A program made the translations under genes and the position numbers. Shown piece by piece: positions 55,763 to 64,000 of a DNA stretch of 64,000 nt. The stretch is from Dissulfuribacterales bacterium (GTDB lineage Bacteria; Desulfobacterota; Dissulfuribacteria; Dissulfuribacterales; DYLC01). The notes beneath the pieces are model-generated. The model was not told the DNA's origin. It made no database searches and saw only the letters and a program-made list of their open reading frames with translations. Position 1 is the first letter of the stretch, and each line of letters begins with the position of its first letter. The DNA lies in assembly GCA_041287365.1 (NCBI GenBank), contig JBEULL010000004.1, positions 8,353 to 72,352 of the forward strand, given 5' to 3'.

Positions 55763-56974
55763 ATGGAAGGAATGAAATATGTTGTTTTGGTAGGAGACGG
55801 TATGGCTGATAGGCCTATTGAATCACTGGGCGGCAGAACGGTGCTGGAGGCCGCTCGTACACCTGTTTTGGATCGCATGGCCAAAATGGGGGAGGTGGGG
55901 CTGGCGGAGACCGTGCCACATTACCTGCCTCCTGCAAGCGATGTAGCCAACATGTCTCTTATGGGCTATGACCCTAGAGCATATTATTCGGGCCGCGGCC
56001 CCATAGAGGCTGCCTCCATGGGCATATCCATGAATCCGGAGGACGTGGCCTTTCGGTGTAACCTGGTGACGCTGGTCTTCAAGAACGGTCATATTTTCAT
56101 GAAGGATTATAGCGCAGGCCACATCAGCACGGAAGAGGCCGGAATATTGATTCGGGAGCTTTCTCAAGTCATAAACAACAGGTCTTTCGCCCTTTATTCC
56201 GGCATCAGTTACAGGCATCTGCTGATATGGCACGGCGGTCCCGAGGGCATGATCACGCTTCCACCTCACGATGCCACGGGTCAAGACATCACAGAGGCAT
56301 GGCACAGATATGAGGAAGAGCCCCTGCTCTATGAGCTTCTCACCAAGGCCACTCATTTTCTTTACAAGCACCCGGTTAATCAGCGCAGACGGGAGCAGGG
56401 CAAGGAAGTGGCTAATTCCCTGTGGCCGTGGGGACAGGGTAGAAAACCGGATATGCCGTCGTTCAAGGAGCAGTACGGGTTGAATGGTGCTGTAGTGGCG
56501 GCTGTGGATCTGATTCGCGGGCTTGGAAGGTTGGTAGGTATGGACATTGTGGATGTGGAAGGCGCCACAGGTTTTTTGGATACCAATTACGCGGGCAAGG
56601 CCGCGGCAGTGCTGGAGACCATACGTGAAAAGGACCTAGTGTTCATGCATCTGGAGGCCCCGGACGAGGCCGGACACATGGGGAGTGTGTCAGAAAAGAT
56701 TCGTGCCATCGAACGGTTCGATAAGGAGATCGTGGGCCCTGTATGGGAGGGCATGAAAGCATTGAACGTGCCATTTCGTATGCTGGTGGTGACCGATCAC
56801 TACACTCCGATTCAGACCAAGACTCACGAACTAGGTGCCGTTCCTTTTCTGATCTATGACAATCAACGGCTTCTGGAGATGCCTGGTCAGCTCTATACGG
56901 AACGTTATGCAAATACTACCGGTATAGTGGTTGAAGAAGGATATAAGCTGATGGCCAGATTGATAGGGGCATAA
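55763..56974 (+). CDS. Cofactor-independent phosphoglycerate mutase-like (ApgM/COG3635 family) protein; candidate homoserine kinase
   Basis: MKYVVLVGDGMADRPIESLGGRTVLEAARTPVLDRMA...HLEAPDEAGHMG...VTDHYTP (alkaline-phosphatase-superfamily metal ligands). Lies 46 nt downstream of hom. Confidence 0.85.
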   Translation: MEGMKYVVLVGDGMADRPIESLGGRTVLEAARTPVLDRMAKMGEVGLAETVPHYLPPASDVANMSLMGYDPRAYYSGRGPIEAASMGISMNPEDVAFRCNLVTLVFKNGHIFMKDYSAGHISTEEAGILIRELSQVINNRSFALYSGISYRHLLIWHGGPEGMITLPPHDATGQDITEAWHRYEEEPLLYELLTKATHFLYKHPVNQRRREQGKEVANSLWPWGQGRKPDMPSFKEQYGLNGAVVAAVDLIRGLGRLVGMDIVDVEGATGFLDTNYAGKAAAVLETIREKDLVFMHLEAPDEAGHMGSVSEKIRAIERFDKEIVGPVWEGMKALNVPFRMLVVTDHYTPIQTKTHELGAVPFLIYDNQRLLEMPGQLYTERYANTTGIVVEEGYKLMARLIGA

Positions 56975-56990
56975 TAAAGGTGCAGTCTCT

Positions 56991-57440
56991 GTGCTGGATG
57001 ATAACAGTTCAAAAGAGAGGGAATCCCTGTATCATACCTGTCAATACCGCGTGATCTACGGCGATACGGACAAGGCGGGCGTGGTGTATCACGCCAATTA
57101 TTTGCGGCTCTTCGAGATGGGCCGCACCGAATATATGCGGGCATCATTGGGGCTTTCTTATGCGGAATTGGAAAGAGAAGGCATCGTGATGCCGGTCACC
57201 GAGCTCTTTATTCGCTACAAGGCCCCGGCGCACTACGACGACCTGCTGACCATCGTCACTTCCATCGGTGATATGCAACGTTTTTCCATAAGTTTCAATT
57301 ACGAGATACATAGGGCGGAGGATGCACGGTTGCTGGTAAAAGGCATGACCAAACATGCTGCCATAGATATTGACGGACGGCTGCGCCCTGTTCCGGAGGC
57401 TGTGGCCACTGGATTGATGCATTTGAAAAATTCGCATTGA
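56991..57440 (+). CDS. Acyl-CoA thioesterase, 4HBT/YbgC family
   Basis: YRVIYGDTDKAGVVYHANYLRLFEMGRTEYMR (hot-dog fold with catalytic Asp). GTG start. Confidence 0.85.
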   Translation: MLDDNSSKERESLYHTCQYRVIYGDTDKAGVVYHANYLRLFEMGRTEYMRASLGLSYAELEREGIVMPVTELFIRYKAPAHYDDLLTIVTSIGDMQRFSISFNYEIHRAEDARLLVKGMTKHAAIDIDGRLRPVPEAVATGLMHLKNSH

Positions 57441-57621
57441 CATTCTCAAAAGGTATTGTCATCCGTGTTGGTGTTGGTTATTCTGAAAATAAACTGAATG
57501 TTGCGTCAGTATCTTTTTATGGTAACCTTGAAAAATCGTTTAATCGCATGGAGTTGACTCAAAGGTTTTTTATGGGTTCCTTTGTATAAAAATTCAATAG
57601 ATAAATGGAGGAGGTATTTTC

Positions 57622-60054
57622 ATGAGCAGCCCGTTCATATTGTGGTTTGATCAGATAGGCATCAAGGATGTCCCCCTGGTGGGGGGGAAGAATGCGTCTT
57701 TGGGTGAGATGTACAGTAAATTGAGTTCACAGGGTATAAATGTACCCAACGGTTTTGCCATAACGGCTACGGCCTATAAACACCTTTTGAAAGAGGCGGG
57801 CATAGAAAAGGCCATTCAGGATGTGCTCAAAGGTCTGGATACGCACAATATCGCCGATCTCAGGGCAAGAGGTAAAAAGGTCAGAGAGATAATTTTAAAT
57901 GCCCCATTTCCTGCGGACCTGGAAAAGGTCATAGCCTCTTCGTACGATGACCTGTGTAAATCTTATAATCAAGCCAATGTGGACGTGGCTGTCCGCTCCT
58001 CCGCTACGGCCGAAGACCTGCCGGACGCCTCTTTTGCAGGCCAACAGGAGACATACCTGAACATCAGCGGGCACAAGGCCTTGATCGATGCTTGCCATCG
58101 TTGTTTCGCCAGCCTTTTTACGGATAGGGCCATCTCTTACAGACAGGACAAGGGGTTCAAACACTTCGATGTGTATCTCTCTATAGTCGTTCAGAAGATG
58201 GTCAGAAGCGACAGCGCCAGTTCCGGAGTTATGTTCACCATGGATACTGAAAGTGGTTTCGATAAGGTTGTGCTTATCACCGGCGCCTGGGGTCTTGGTG
58301 AAAACGTGGTGCAAGGCGCGGTTAATCCGGATGAATTTTATGTCTTCAAGCCCACTCTTGCCACGGGGCACAAGCCTGTCATTCATAAAAAATTGGGTCT
58401 TAAACAAAAGAAAATGGTCTATGCCACCGCCTCTAATGCCAAGGAACCTGTGCGTAATGTGGTAACTACCAAGGCGGAACGAAACAGCTTCGTGCTTTCG
58501 GACGATGAACTCGTCACGCTGGCCAAGTGGGCCTGCGCCATAGAAAAACATTACGGTAAGAACATGGATATCGAATGGGCCAAGGATGGAGATGGACAGA
58601 CCGTGGGCAGCGGCAAGCTTTTCATTGTTCAGGCCAGGCCGGAGACGGTCCATTCCCAGCGTCATGCAAACTCCTACGAGACATACGCACTTAAAAGTAA
58701 GAGCAAGGTATTGGTGACCGGCACTGCGGTCGGTGCCAAGATCGGCAGAGGTGAATTGAATATCATAGAGAGTGCATCGGAAATCACCAAATTCAAACCT
58801 GGCCAGGTGTTGGTCACAGACATGACAGACCCGGACTGGGAGCCCATAATGAAGGTGGCATCGGCTATCGTTACCAATCGTGGTGGCCGTACATGTCATG
58901 CCGCCATCATATCCCGTGAGTTGGGCATTCCCTGTATAGTGGGCACTGAAAACGGCACCGAGCTTTTGAAAGGCGTCAAGACAGCCACCGTTTCCTGTGC
59001 TGAAGGGGAGATTGGAAAGGTTTATGAAGGACTTCTGGAGTTCGATGTGCAGAAGATAGACCTTTCGGAGATGCCCAAGACCAAGACCAAGATCATGATG
59101 AATGTGGGCATTCCCGAACAGGCCTTTACGCAGGGCCAGATACCCAACGACGGCGTGGGGTTGGCCAGACTTGAGTTCATCATCAACTCCCATATCGGTA
59201 TTCATCCTCTGGCGCTTCTGAATTATGAACAGCTCAAGAAAAAACCACGCAAGGACGACAAGCTGAAGGATACATTGAAGGCCATCGAGGAGCGGACCCT
59301 TGCCTATGCTGACAAATCCCAGTTCTTTGTGGAGACTCTGGCACAGGGGGTCGCTCGAATCGGCGCAGGGTTCTGGCCCAACGATGTCATCGTGCGCCTT
59401 TCCGACTTTAAGAGCAACGAATATGCAAACCTCATCGGCGGTTATCTGTATGAGCCGGTGGAGCACAACCCCATGATTGGCTGGCGCGGTGCATCCCGTT
59501 ATTATGCACCCAATTTCGAGCCTGCATTTGCCTTGGAGTGCGAGGCCCTTCGTCGAGTCAGAAACGAAATGGGGCTCACCAATATCAAGGTCATGATTCC
59601 TTTCTGCCGTACCGTTGAAGAGGGCAAAAAGGTCATAGAAGTGATGAAGAAATACGGTCTTACTCAGGGTCAAAACGGGCTCGAGGTCTATGTAATGTGC
59701 GAAATCCCCAGTAACGTTATTCTGGCGGACCAATTCTGTGAGGTATTCGACGGCTTTTCCATCGGGTCCAATGACCTGACGCAGTTGACCCTTGGTCTGG
59801 ACAGAGACTCAGAACTGGTCTCTCACATCTATAACGAGCGCAACGAAGCGGTGAAGCGGCTGGTCAGACAGGTCATCGATACCGCCAAGAAATACAAGAG
59901 AAAGATCGGCATCTGCGGCCAGGCCCCTAGTGATTTTCCTGATTTCGCCGCGTTTCTGGTGGAGTGCGGCATAGATTCCATGAGTCTTACGCCCGATACC
60001 GCCATAAAGACTCGATTGATGGTGGCCCAGAAGGAAAAAGAGCTGGGCCGGTGA
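57622..60054 (+). CDS. ppsA: Phosphoenolpyruvate synthase (pyruvate, water dikinase)
   Basis: 810 aa. GGKNASLGEM; phospho-His loop GGRTCHAAIISRELGIPCIVG; C-terminal PEP-utilising TIM-barrel motifs (GSNDLTQL). Confidence 0.97.
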   Translation: MSSPFILWFDQIGIKDVPLVGGKNASLGEMYSKLSSQGINVPNGFAITATAYKHLLKEAGIEKAIQDVLKGLDTHNIADLRARGKKVREIILNAPFPADLEKVIASSYDDLCKSYNQANVDVAVRSSATAEDLPDASFAGQQETYLNISGHKALIDACHRCFASLFTDRAISYRQDKGFKHFDVYLSIVVQKMVRSDSASSGVMFTMDTESGFDKVVLITGAWGLGENVVQGAVNPDEFYVFKPTLATGHKPVIHKKLGLKQKKMVYATASNAKEPVRNVVTTKAERNSFVLSDDELVTLAKWACAIEKHYGKNMDIEWAKDGDGQTVGSGKLFIVQARPETVHSQRHANSYETYALKSKSKVLVTGTAVGAKIGRGELNIIESASEITKFKPGQVLVTDMTDPDWEPIMKVASAIVTNRGGRTCHAAIISRELGIPCIVGTENGTELLKGVKTATVSCAEGEIGKVYEGLLEFDVQKIDLSEMPKTKTKIMMNVGIPEQAFTQGQIPNDGVGLARLEFIINSHIGIHPLALLNYEQLKKKPRKDDKLKDTLKAIEERTLAYADKSQFFVETLAQGVARIGAGFWPNDVIVRLSDFKSNEYANLIGGYLYEPVEHNPMIGWRGASRYYAPNFEPAFALECEALRRVRNEMGLTNIKVMIPFCRTVEEGKKVIEVMKKYGLTQGQNGLEVYVMCEIPSNVILADQFCEVFDGFSIGSNDLTQLTLGLDRDSELVSHIYNERNEAVKRLVRQVIDTAKKYKRKIGICGQAPSDFPDFAAFLVECGIDSMSLTPDTAIKTRLMVAQKEKELGR

Positions 60055-60065
60055 TAATCTTGCGA

Positions 60066-60100
60066 AAGGGGGCGCTTTTCCCGGCGCCCTCTTGCCTTTT
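60066..60100 (+). terminator. Probable rho-independent terminator after ppsA
   Basis: GC stem GGGGCGC/GCGCCCT around loop TTTTCCCG, followed by CTTGCCTTTT. The stem is imperfect and the U-tract is interrupted. Confidence 0.45.
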
Positions 60101-60128
60101 AATGTACAGCTTTTGAACGCGGTGCGAT

Positions 60129-61394
60129 ATGCGTGATTTCCTTGCCATGATTCTGGCAGGCGGCGTTGGAAGCCGTCTGAATATCCTTGTAAGTCACAGG
60201 GCCAAGCCTGCCGTGCCTTTCGGCGGTATCTATCGTATTATAGACTTTGCCCTTTCCAACTGTATGCACTCCGGCATTCATCATGCAGCGGTTCTGACCC
60301 AATACAAGCCCCTTTCGCTCATGCGACATATAGGCACTGGAGCGGCATGGGATTTTCTGGGGCGCACTCGAGAGGTGAAGATACTGCCTCCTCGCACAGG
60401 TGATGCCGCTTCTGATTGGTATAAGGGCACAGCCGATGCCATTCGACAGAACATGGATTTCATAGAGGCCCATTTTTCCAAGGAGGTCTTGTTGCTATCC
60501 GGTGATCATATCTATCGTATGGACTATCGAGACATGGTGCGTCACCATCGTGAGACTGGCGCAAAGGTCACGGTAGCCATGATGACCGTTCCATGGGAGC
60601 TTACAAGTCAATTCGGTATAGGTATCGTGAACGATGCGGGCCAGATAGTGGATTGGGAGGAAAAACCTGATAGGGCCAAATCCAATCTGGCTTCCATGGG
60701 TATATACGTGTTTGACACCGAATATCTGCTGCGTGCCCTCAGGGAGACTGCTGAAGAGGATTTCGGCCATCACATCATTCCCAAGGCATTGCGAGAGGGA
60801 GAGCTGTTTTCCTATCGTTTCGACGGATATTGGCGGGATGTGGGCACGGTTCAGGCCTTTTGGGAGGCCAATATGGACATACTCGATGCATCGAGCGGTC
60901 TGCGCCTCGCAGAATGGGGGGTGTGCACAAATACAGATGAGGAAGACCTTGTTTATGATCGTCCGCCTGTGAATATAACAGATACAGCCGAGGTGATAAA
61001 CAGTGTCATTTCATGCGGCTGTGTGGTGAAGGGCCGCGTGGTGAATTCCGTCTTATCGCCGGGCGTGGTGGTTGAGGAAGGGGCCGAGGTGACCTCTTCT
61101 GTTTTGATGCATGACACCTTTGTGTCAAGTGGAGCAAGAATTCAATATGTGATAGCGGATAAAAATGTACATTTCGCTAAAAACTGTAGTGTGGGGATTG
61201 CTAAGGAGGTTGCCGCTTCTTGTCCTGCCAATTCCCTTTATGCTAAGCACCTTCACAGCGGTCTGACGCTGGTGGGGAAAAATGCAGTGATTCCCGCCAT
61301 GGCTCAAACGGGCGGTAACTGTATCGTGCTGCCCAATGTGCAGGAATCAGACTGGCCGTCCTCTAGAACACTTGAAAACGGCGAGACACTTTAG
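60129..61394 (+). CDS. glgC: Glucose-1-phosphate adenylyltransferase
   Basis: [30 protein letters not shown], left-handed beta-helix C-terminus. Confidence 0.93.
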   Translation: MRDFLAMILAGGVGSRLNILVSHRAKPAVPFGGIYRIIDFALSNCMHSGIHHAAVLTQYKPLSLMRHIGTGAAWDFLGRTREVKILPPRTGDAASDWYKGTADAIRQNMDFIEAHFSKEVLLLSGDHIYRMDYRDMVRHHRETGAKVTVAMMTVPWELTSQFGIGIVNDAGQIVDWEEKPDRAKSNLASMGIYVFDTEYLLRALRETAEEDFGHHIIPKALREGELFSYRFDGYWRDVGTVQAFWEANMDILDASSGLRLAEWGVCTNTDEEDLVYDRPPVNITDTAEVINSVISCGCVVKGRVVNSVLSPGVVVEEGAEVTSSVLMHDTFVSSGARIQYVIADKNVHFAKNCSVGIAKEVAASCPANSLYAKHLHSGLTLVGKNAVIPAMAQTGGNCIVLPNVQESDWPSSRTLENGETL

Positions 61395-61489
61395 AAGCCT
61401 TTTGTACCTTTCCGCCATTGCCGGACACGCTGTTTCCTGTTATTTTAAGACTTTGTCTTTATCATCAACTCGAACTGCGGGAACGGACT

Positions 61490-62338
61490 ATGACCTTTCA
61501 GGAACTCATTTTAAGACTTAACAACTACTGGTTGAATCAGGGCTGTCTGCTGTTGCAGCCCTATGATGTAGAGGTTGGTGCCGGTACCTTTCACCCTGCA
61601 ACCTTTCTGCGTTCGCTTGGGCCGAAAGACTGGCGGGCCGCCTATGTCCAGCCTTCACGCAGGCCGAAGGATGGCCGTTACGGAGAGAATCCCAATAGAT
61701 TACAGCATTATTATCAGTATCAGGTGATACTTAAGCCTGCGCCTGAAAATGTGCAGGAACTGTACCTGAACAGCCTGGCAAGTTTTGGACTTGACCTCAA
61801 AGAGCATGATGTCAGATTTGTAGAAGACGACTGGGAATCGCCCACTCTTGGTGCCTGGGGTCTTGGCTGGGAGGTCTGGCTGGATGGAATGGAGATCACC
61901 CAGTTTACATATTTTCAGCAGGTGGGCGGTCTGGACGTGGATTTGGTGTGTGCCGAGATCACCTACGGTCTGGAACGTATCGCTATGTATATTCAGGGTA
62001 TAGACGACGTATATCAGCTCAAATGGAACGAGACCACCACATATGGTGATGTGCATCACAGAGATGAAGTGGAGTTTTCTAAATATAATTTTGAATGTGC
62101 GAATGTGGAGGTACTGAAGACACTTTTTTCCTTGCATGAGCAGGAGGCAGTATCTCTTATGGAGAAAGGGCTGGTGTTGCCCGCCTATGACCAATGTATG
62201 AAGTGCTCCCATTATTTCAATCTGTTGGATGCAAGAGGTGCTATAAGCGTCGCGGAACGTACGGCATACATCGGCAGAGTTAGAAGATTGTCACGCATGT
62301 CTGCCGAAGGGTATCTGGCCAGTCTGAAGACGGCATGA
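61490..62338 (+). CDS. glyQ: Glycine--tRNA ligase alpha subunit
   Basis: [44 protein letters not shown] at 61490; the track start at 61418 adds a non-conserved leader. Confidence 0.97.
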   Translation: MTFQELILRLNNYWLNQGCLLLQPYDVEVGAGTFHPATFLRSLGPKDWRAAYVQPSRRPKDGRYGENPNRLQHYYQYQVILKPAPENVQELYLNSLASFGLDLKEHDVRFVEDDWESPTLGAWGLGWEVWLDGMEITQFTYFQQVGGLDVDLVCAEITYGLERIAMYIQGIDDVYQLKWNETTTYGDVHHRDEVEFSKYNFECANVEVLKTLFSLHEQEAVSLMEKGLVLPAYDQCMKCSHYFNLLDARGAISVAERTAYIGRVRRLSRMSAEGYLASLKTA

Positions 62339-62368
62339 GTTATAAGTTTAAGTTATTAAGGATATGGA

Positions 62369-64000
62369 ATGGAAACAAGGGATCTGATTTTTGAGATAGG
62401 TACGGAGGAGTTGCCTGCCAGAATGGTGCCCATGGCACTGAAGGGACTTGAAGCAAATCTGGTCGCTGGTTTGCAGAATGTCGGTCTTGCCTTCGACGCC
62501 CTGGTCTGCAATGGTACGCCCCGTAGACTGGCGGCACATGTGGCCGGGCTTCAGGCCGTGCAGTCAGACCGTGAAGAGGTTGTGGCGGGCCCACCCGCAA
62601 GGATATCTTACGATGCCGATGGAAGGCCGACCAAGGCTGCTTTCGGTTTTGCCAAGGCGCAGAACGTGCCGGTGGAGGCATTGTATACAGAAGATACCGA
62701 CAAAGGGCTCTATGTATTTGTCAGAAAACACGTTCGGGGCAGACCTTCCATGGAGATACTGAAAGAACTGTTGCCTCGTGTGATCACGTCTATTTCTCTG
62801 CCCAAAACCATGCGCTGGAACAGTCCTGACCTGCGTTTTGCACGGCCCATAAGGTGGCTGGTCGCTGTTTTCGGCCATGAGACCATAGATTTTTCTCTGT
62901 CCGGTATGAAATCAGGTAACACCAGCAGGGGACATAGATTCATGGCCAACGAGACCTTCGAAGTGGCATCCAGCCTTCAGGAGTATCGACACAGGCTTCA
63001 GGAGAGATATGTTATTGTGGATCAGGATGTCCGCAAAAGATTGATATGGGAAGAGGCATTGAAGGCCGCTCAGACAGTCAACGGCCGGCCCATCGATGAT
63101 GAGGAACTGCTGGAACTCAACACCCATCTTGTGGAGTACCCCAGTGTGGTCTGCGGCAGTTTCAGCAGAGATTTTTTGCGGCTTCCCAAGGAGGTGTTGA
63201 TCACCTCCATGCGTGAACATCAGAAATATTTCGCGGTGGCCGATGCAACAGGTGGTCTTTTACCTTATTTCATAGCCGTCAACAACACTCGATCGCCCAG
63301 GCCCGAATTGGTGCAAAACGGCCATGAACGTGTCTTGAGGGCCAGACTTACGGACGCTGCCTTTTTCTTCGACGAAGATGTCAAGCGGTCGCTGCAAGAT
63401 TATGTGGAAGGTCTGAAGGGCGTGGTTTTTCACCAGAAGCTGGGGACGCTTTTCGATAAAACCATGCGTGTCGAGGCTATCGCCACATTTCTGGCGCAAA
63501 GATTGGCGCCTGATGCGGTGCATATCTGTAAAAGGGCTGCGTTGTTGTGCAAGGCCGATCTGGAGACTCAGATGGTGAGTGAGTTTCCGAGTCTTCAGGG
63601 CATCATGGGCAGGGAGTATGCCCTGCGCTCCGGAGAGCCGCAGGAAGTGGCCTTAGCCATATCCGAACATTACATGCCGGTCAAGTCAGGTGGTGAATTG
63701 CCGGCCACACTTACAGGGGCCATAGTCAGTATTGCGGACAAGATCGATACCATCGTCTCCATGTTTGCGGTGGGTCTTCAGCCCACAGGCGCTGCAGACC
63801 CTTATGCCCTGCGCAGACTGGCCCTGGGCATATTGAACATACTGATTGACAGAAATGTCTTTCTTTCTTTGAAGGAGCTTATTGCAGTAGCCGTCGCTTT
63901 GTTGAGACGGAACGAGGCGTTACAGATTTCGGGGGTCTTGAATGACGATGTCGCCATGTTCTTTCAGCGGAGATTCGTTGCCGACTGTCAGGCAAAGGGA
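62369..64000 (+). CDS. glyS: Glycine--tRNA ligase beta subunit (5' part; continues beyond window)
   Basis: Absent from the ORF track because there is no stop in the window. Hand translation from ATG 62369: METRDLIFEIGTEELPARMVPMALKGLEANL...GTPRRLAAHVAGL...RWNSPDLRFARPIRWLVAVFG. The ~200 codons I translated are open, and the window end falls on a codon boundary of this frame. Confidence 0.93.
   Translation, partial: METRDLIFEIGTEELPARMVPMALKGLEANLVAGLQNVGLAFDALVCNGTPRRLAAHVAGLQAVQSDREEVVAGPPARISYDADGRPTKAAFGFAKAQNVPVEALYTEDTDKGLYVFVRKHVRGRPSMEILKELLPRVITSISLPKTMRWNSPDLRFARPIRWLVAVFGHETIDFSLSGMKSGNTSRGHRFMANETFEVASSLQEYRHRLQERYVIVDQDVRKRLIWEEALKAAQTVNGRPIDDEELLELNTHLVEYPSVVCGSFSRDFLRLPKEVLITSMREHQKYFAVADATGGLLPYFIAVNNTRSPRPELVQNGHERVLRARLTDAAFFFDEDVKRSLQDYVEGLKGVVFHQKLGTLFDKTMRVEAIATFLAQRLAPDAVHICKRAALLCKADLETQMVSEFPSLQGIMGREYALRSGEPQEVALAISEHYMPVKSGGELPATLTGAIVSIADKIDTIVSMFAVGLQPTGAADPYALRRLALGILNILIDRNVFLSLKELIAVAVALLRRNEALQISGVLNDDVAMFFQRRFVADCQAKG

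Noticed and set aside
57895-59733. 612-aa ORF antisense to ppsA. It is the longest of several long antisense ORFs; the others are 36741-37643, 9827-10579, 19581-20420, 37661-38356, 3397-4047 and 5530-6153.
   Set aside because: In every case the opposite strand encodes a protein with unmistakable family motifs over its full length. The antisense translations are Arg/His/Gly/Leu-rich with no recognisable motifs or RBS. This is the expected stop-codon-poor shadow frame of a moderately GC-rich, codon-biased gene.
1-64000. Scan for CRISPR arrays, IS elements or transposases, integrases, phage genes, toxin-antitoxin pairs and known defence-system signatures.
   Set aside because: None recognised. 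There are no regularly spaced direct repeats and no DDE, serine or tyrosine recombinase motifs. The only nuclease-like accessory genes are the mini-HNH and RadC, each isolated among housekeeping genes.

Overview
Gene-dense 64-kb chromosomal segment that reads as core genome of a sulfate-reducing Desulfobacterota-type organism. The taxon is inferred from a canonical DsrC ending ...GLPKPTGCV and from gene order; it was not verified. I can support about 60 protein genes and one tRNA-Arg(UCU). Genes present:
- Translation and RNA: ileS, trpS, glyQ/glyS (glyS runs off the 3' edge), the ffh-rpsP-KH-rimM-trmD-SPOUT-rplS-rnhB-yraN cluster, rsmI, rsmA, rlmN, pcnB, hflX.
- Envelope: kdsB, murI, glmS, a lolA-like gene, lgt, two L,D-transpeptidases, an MltB-like transglycosylase, an M23 peptidase, an OprI/Lpp-like lipoprotein.
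- Central metabolism: pfk, ppsA, glgC, hom, ugd plus an epimerase, nadA, a yitJ-like Hcy-methyltransferase/MTHFR fusion.
- Other: mutL, radC, and scattered motility-related genes (FapA-like at the 5' edge, an orphan MotB-like gene, an orphan MotA-like gene).

I see no CRISPR array, IS element, prophage or recognisable defence island, so most of the window is ordinary. The features that the standard annotation does not explain, in rough order of interest:
1. A two-gene CydA-like membrane module with a fused c-type haem domain (16.8-19.3 kb).
2. A dispersed MITE-like intergenic repeat family: three long copies, one fragment, and sub-motif relics.
3. An OprI/Lpp-like lipoprotein with a C-terminal Lys, convergent with a LysM L,D-transpeptidase.
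4. A PhoU-DUF47 fusion.
5. An ApgM-like gene directly after hom, a candidate non-orthologous homoserine kinase.
6. A GYF/TIGR00266 (AIM24-like) gene with an internal out-of-frame deletion that is visible in the sequence.

All homology calls come from reading motifs by eye. No database search was run.
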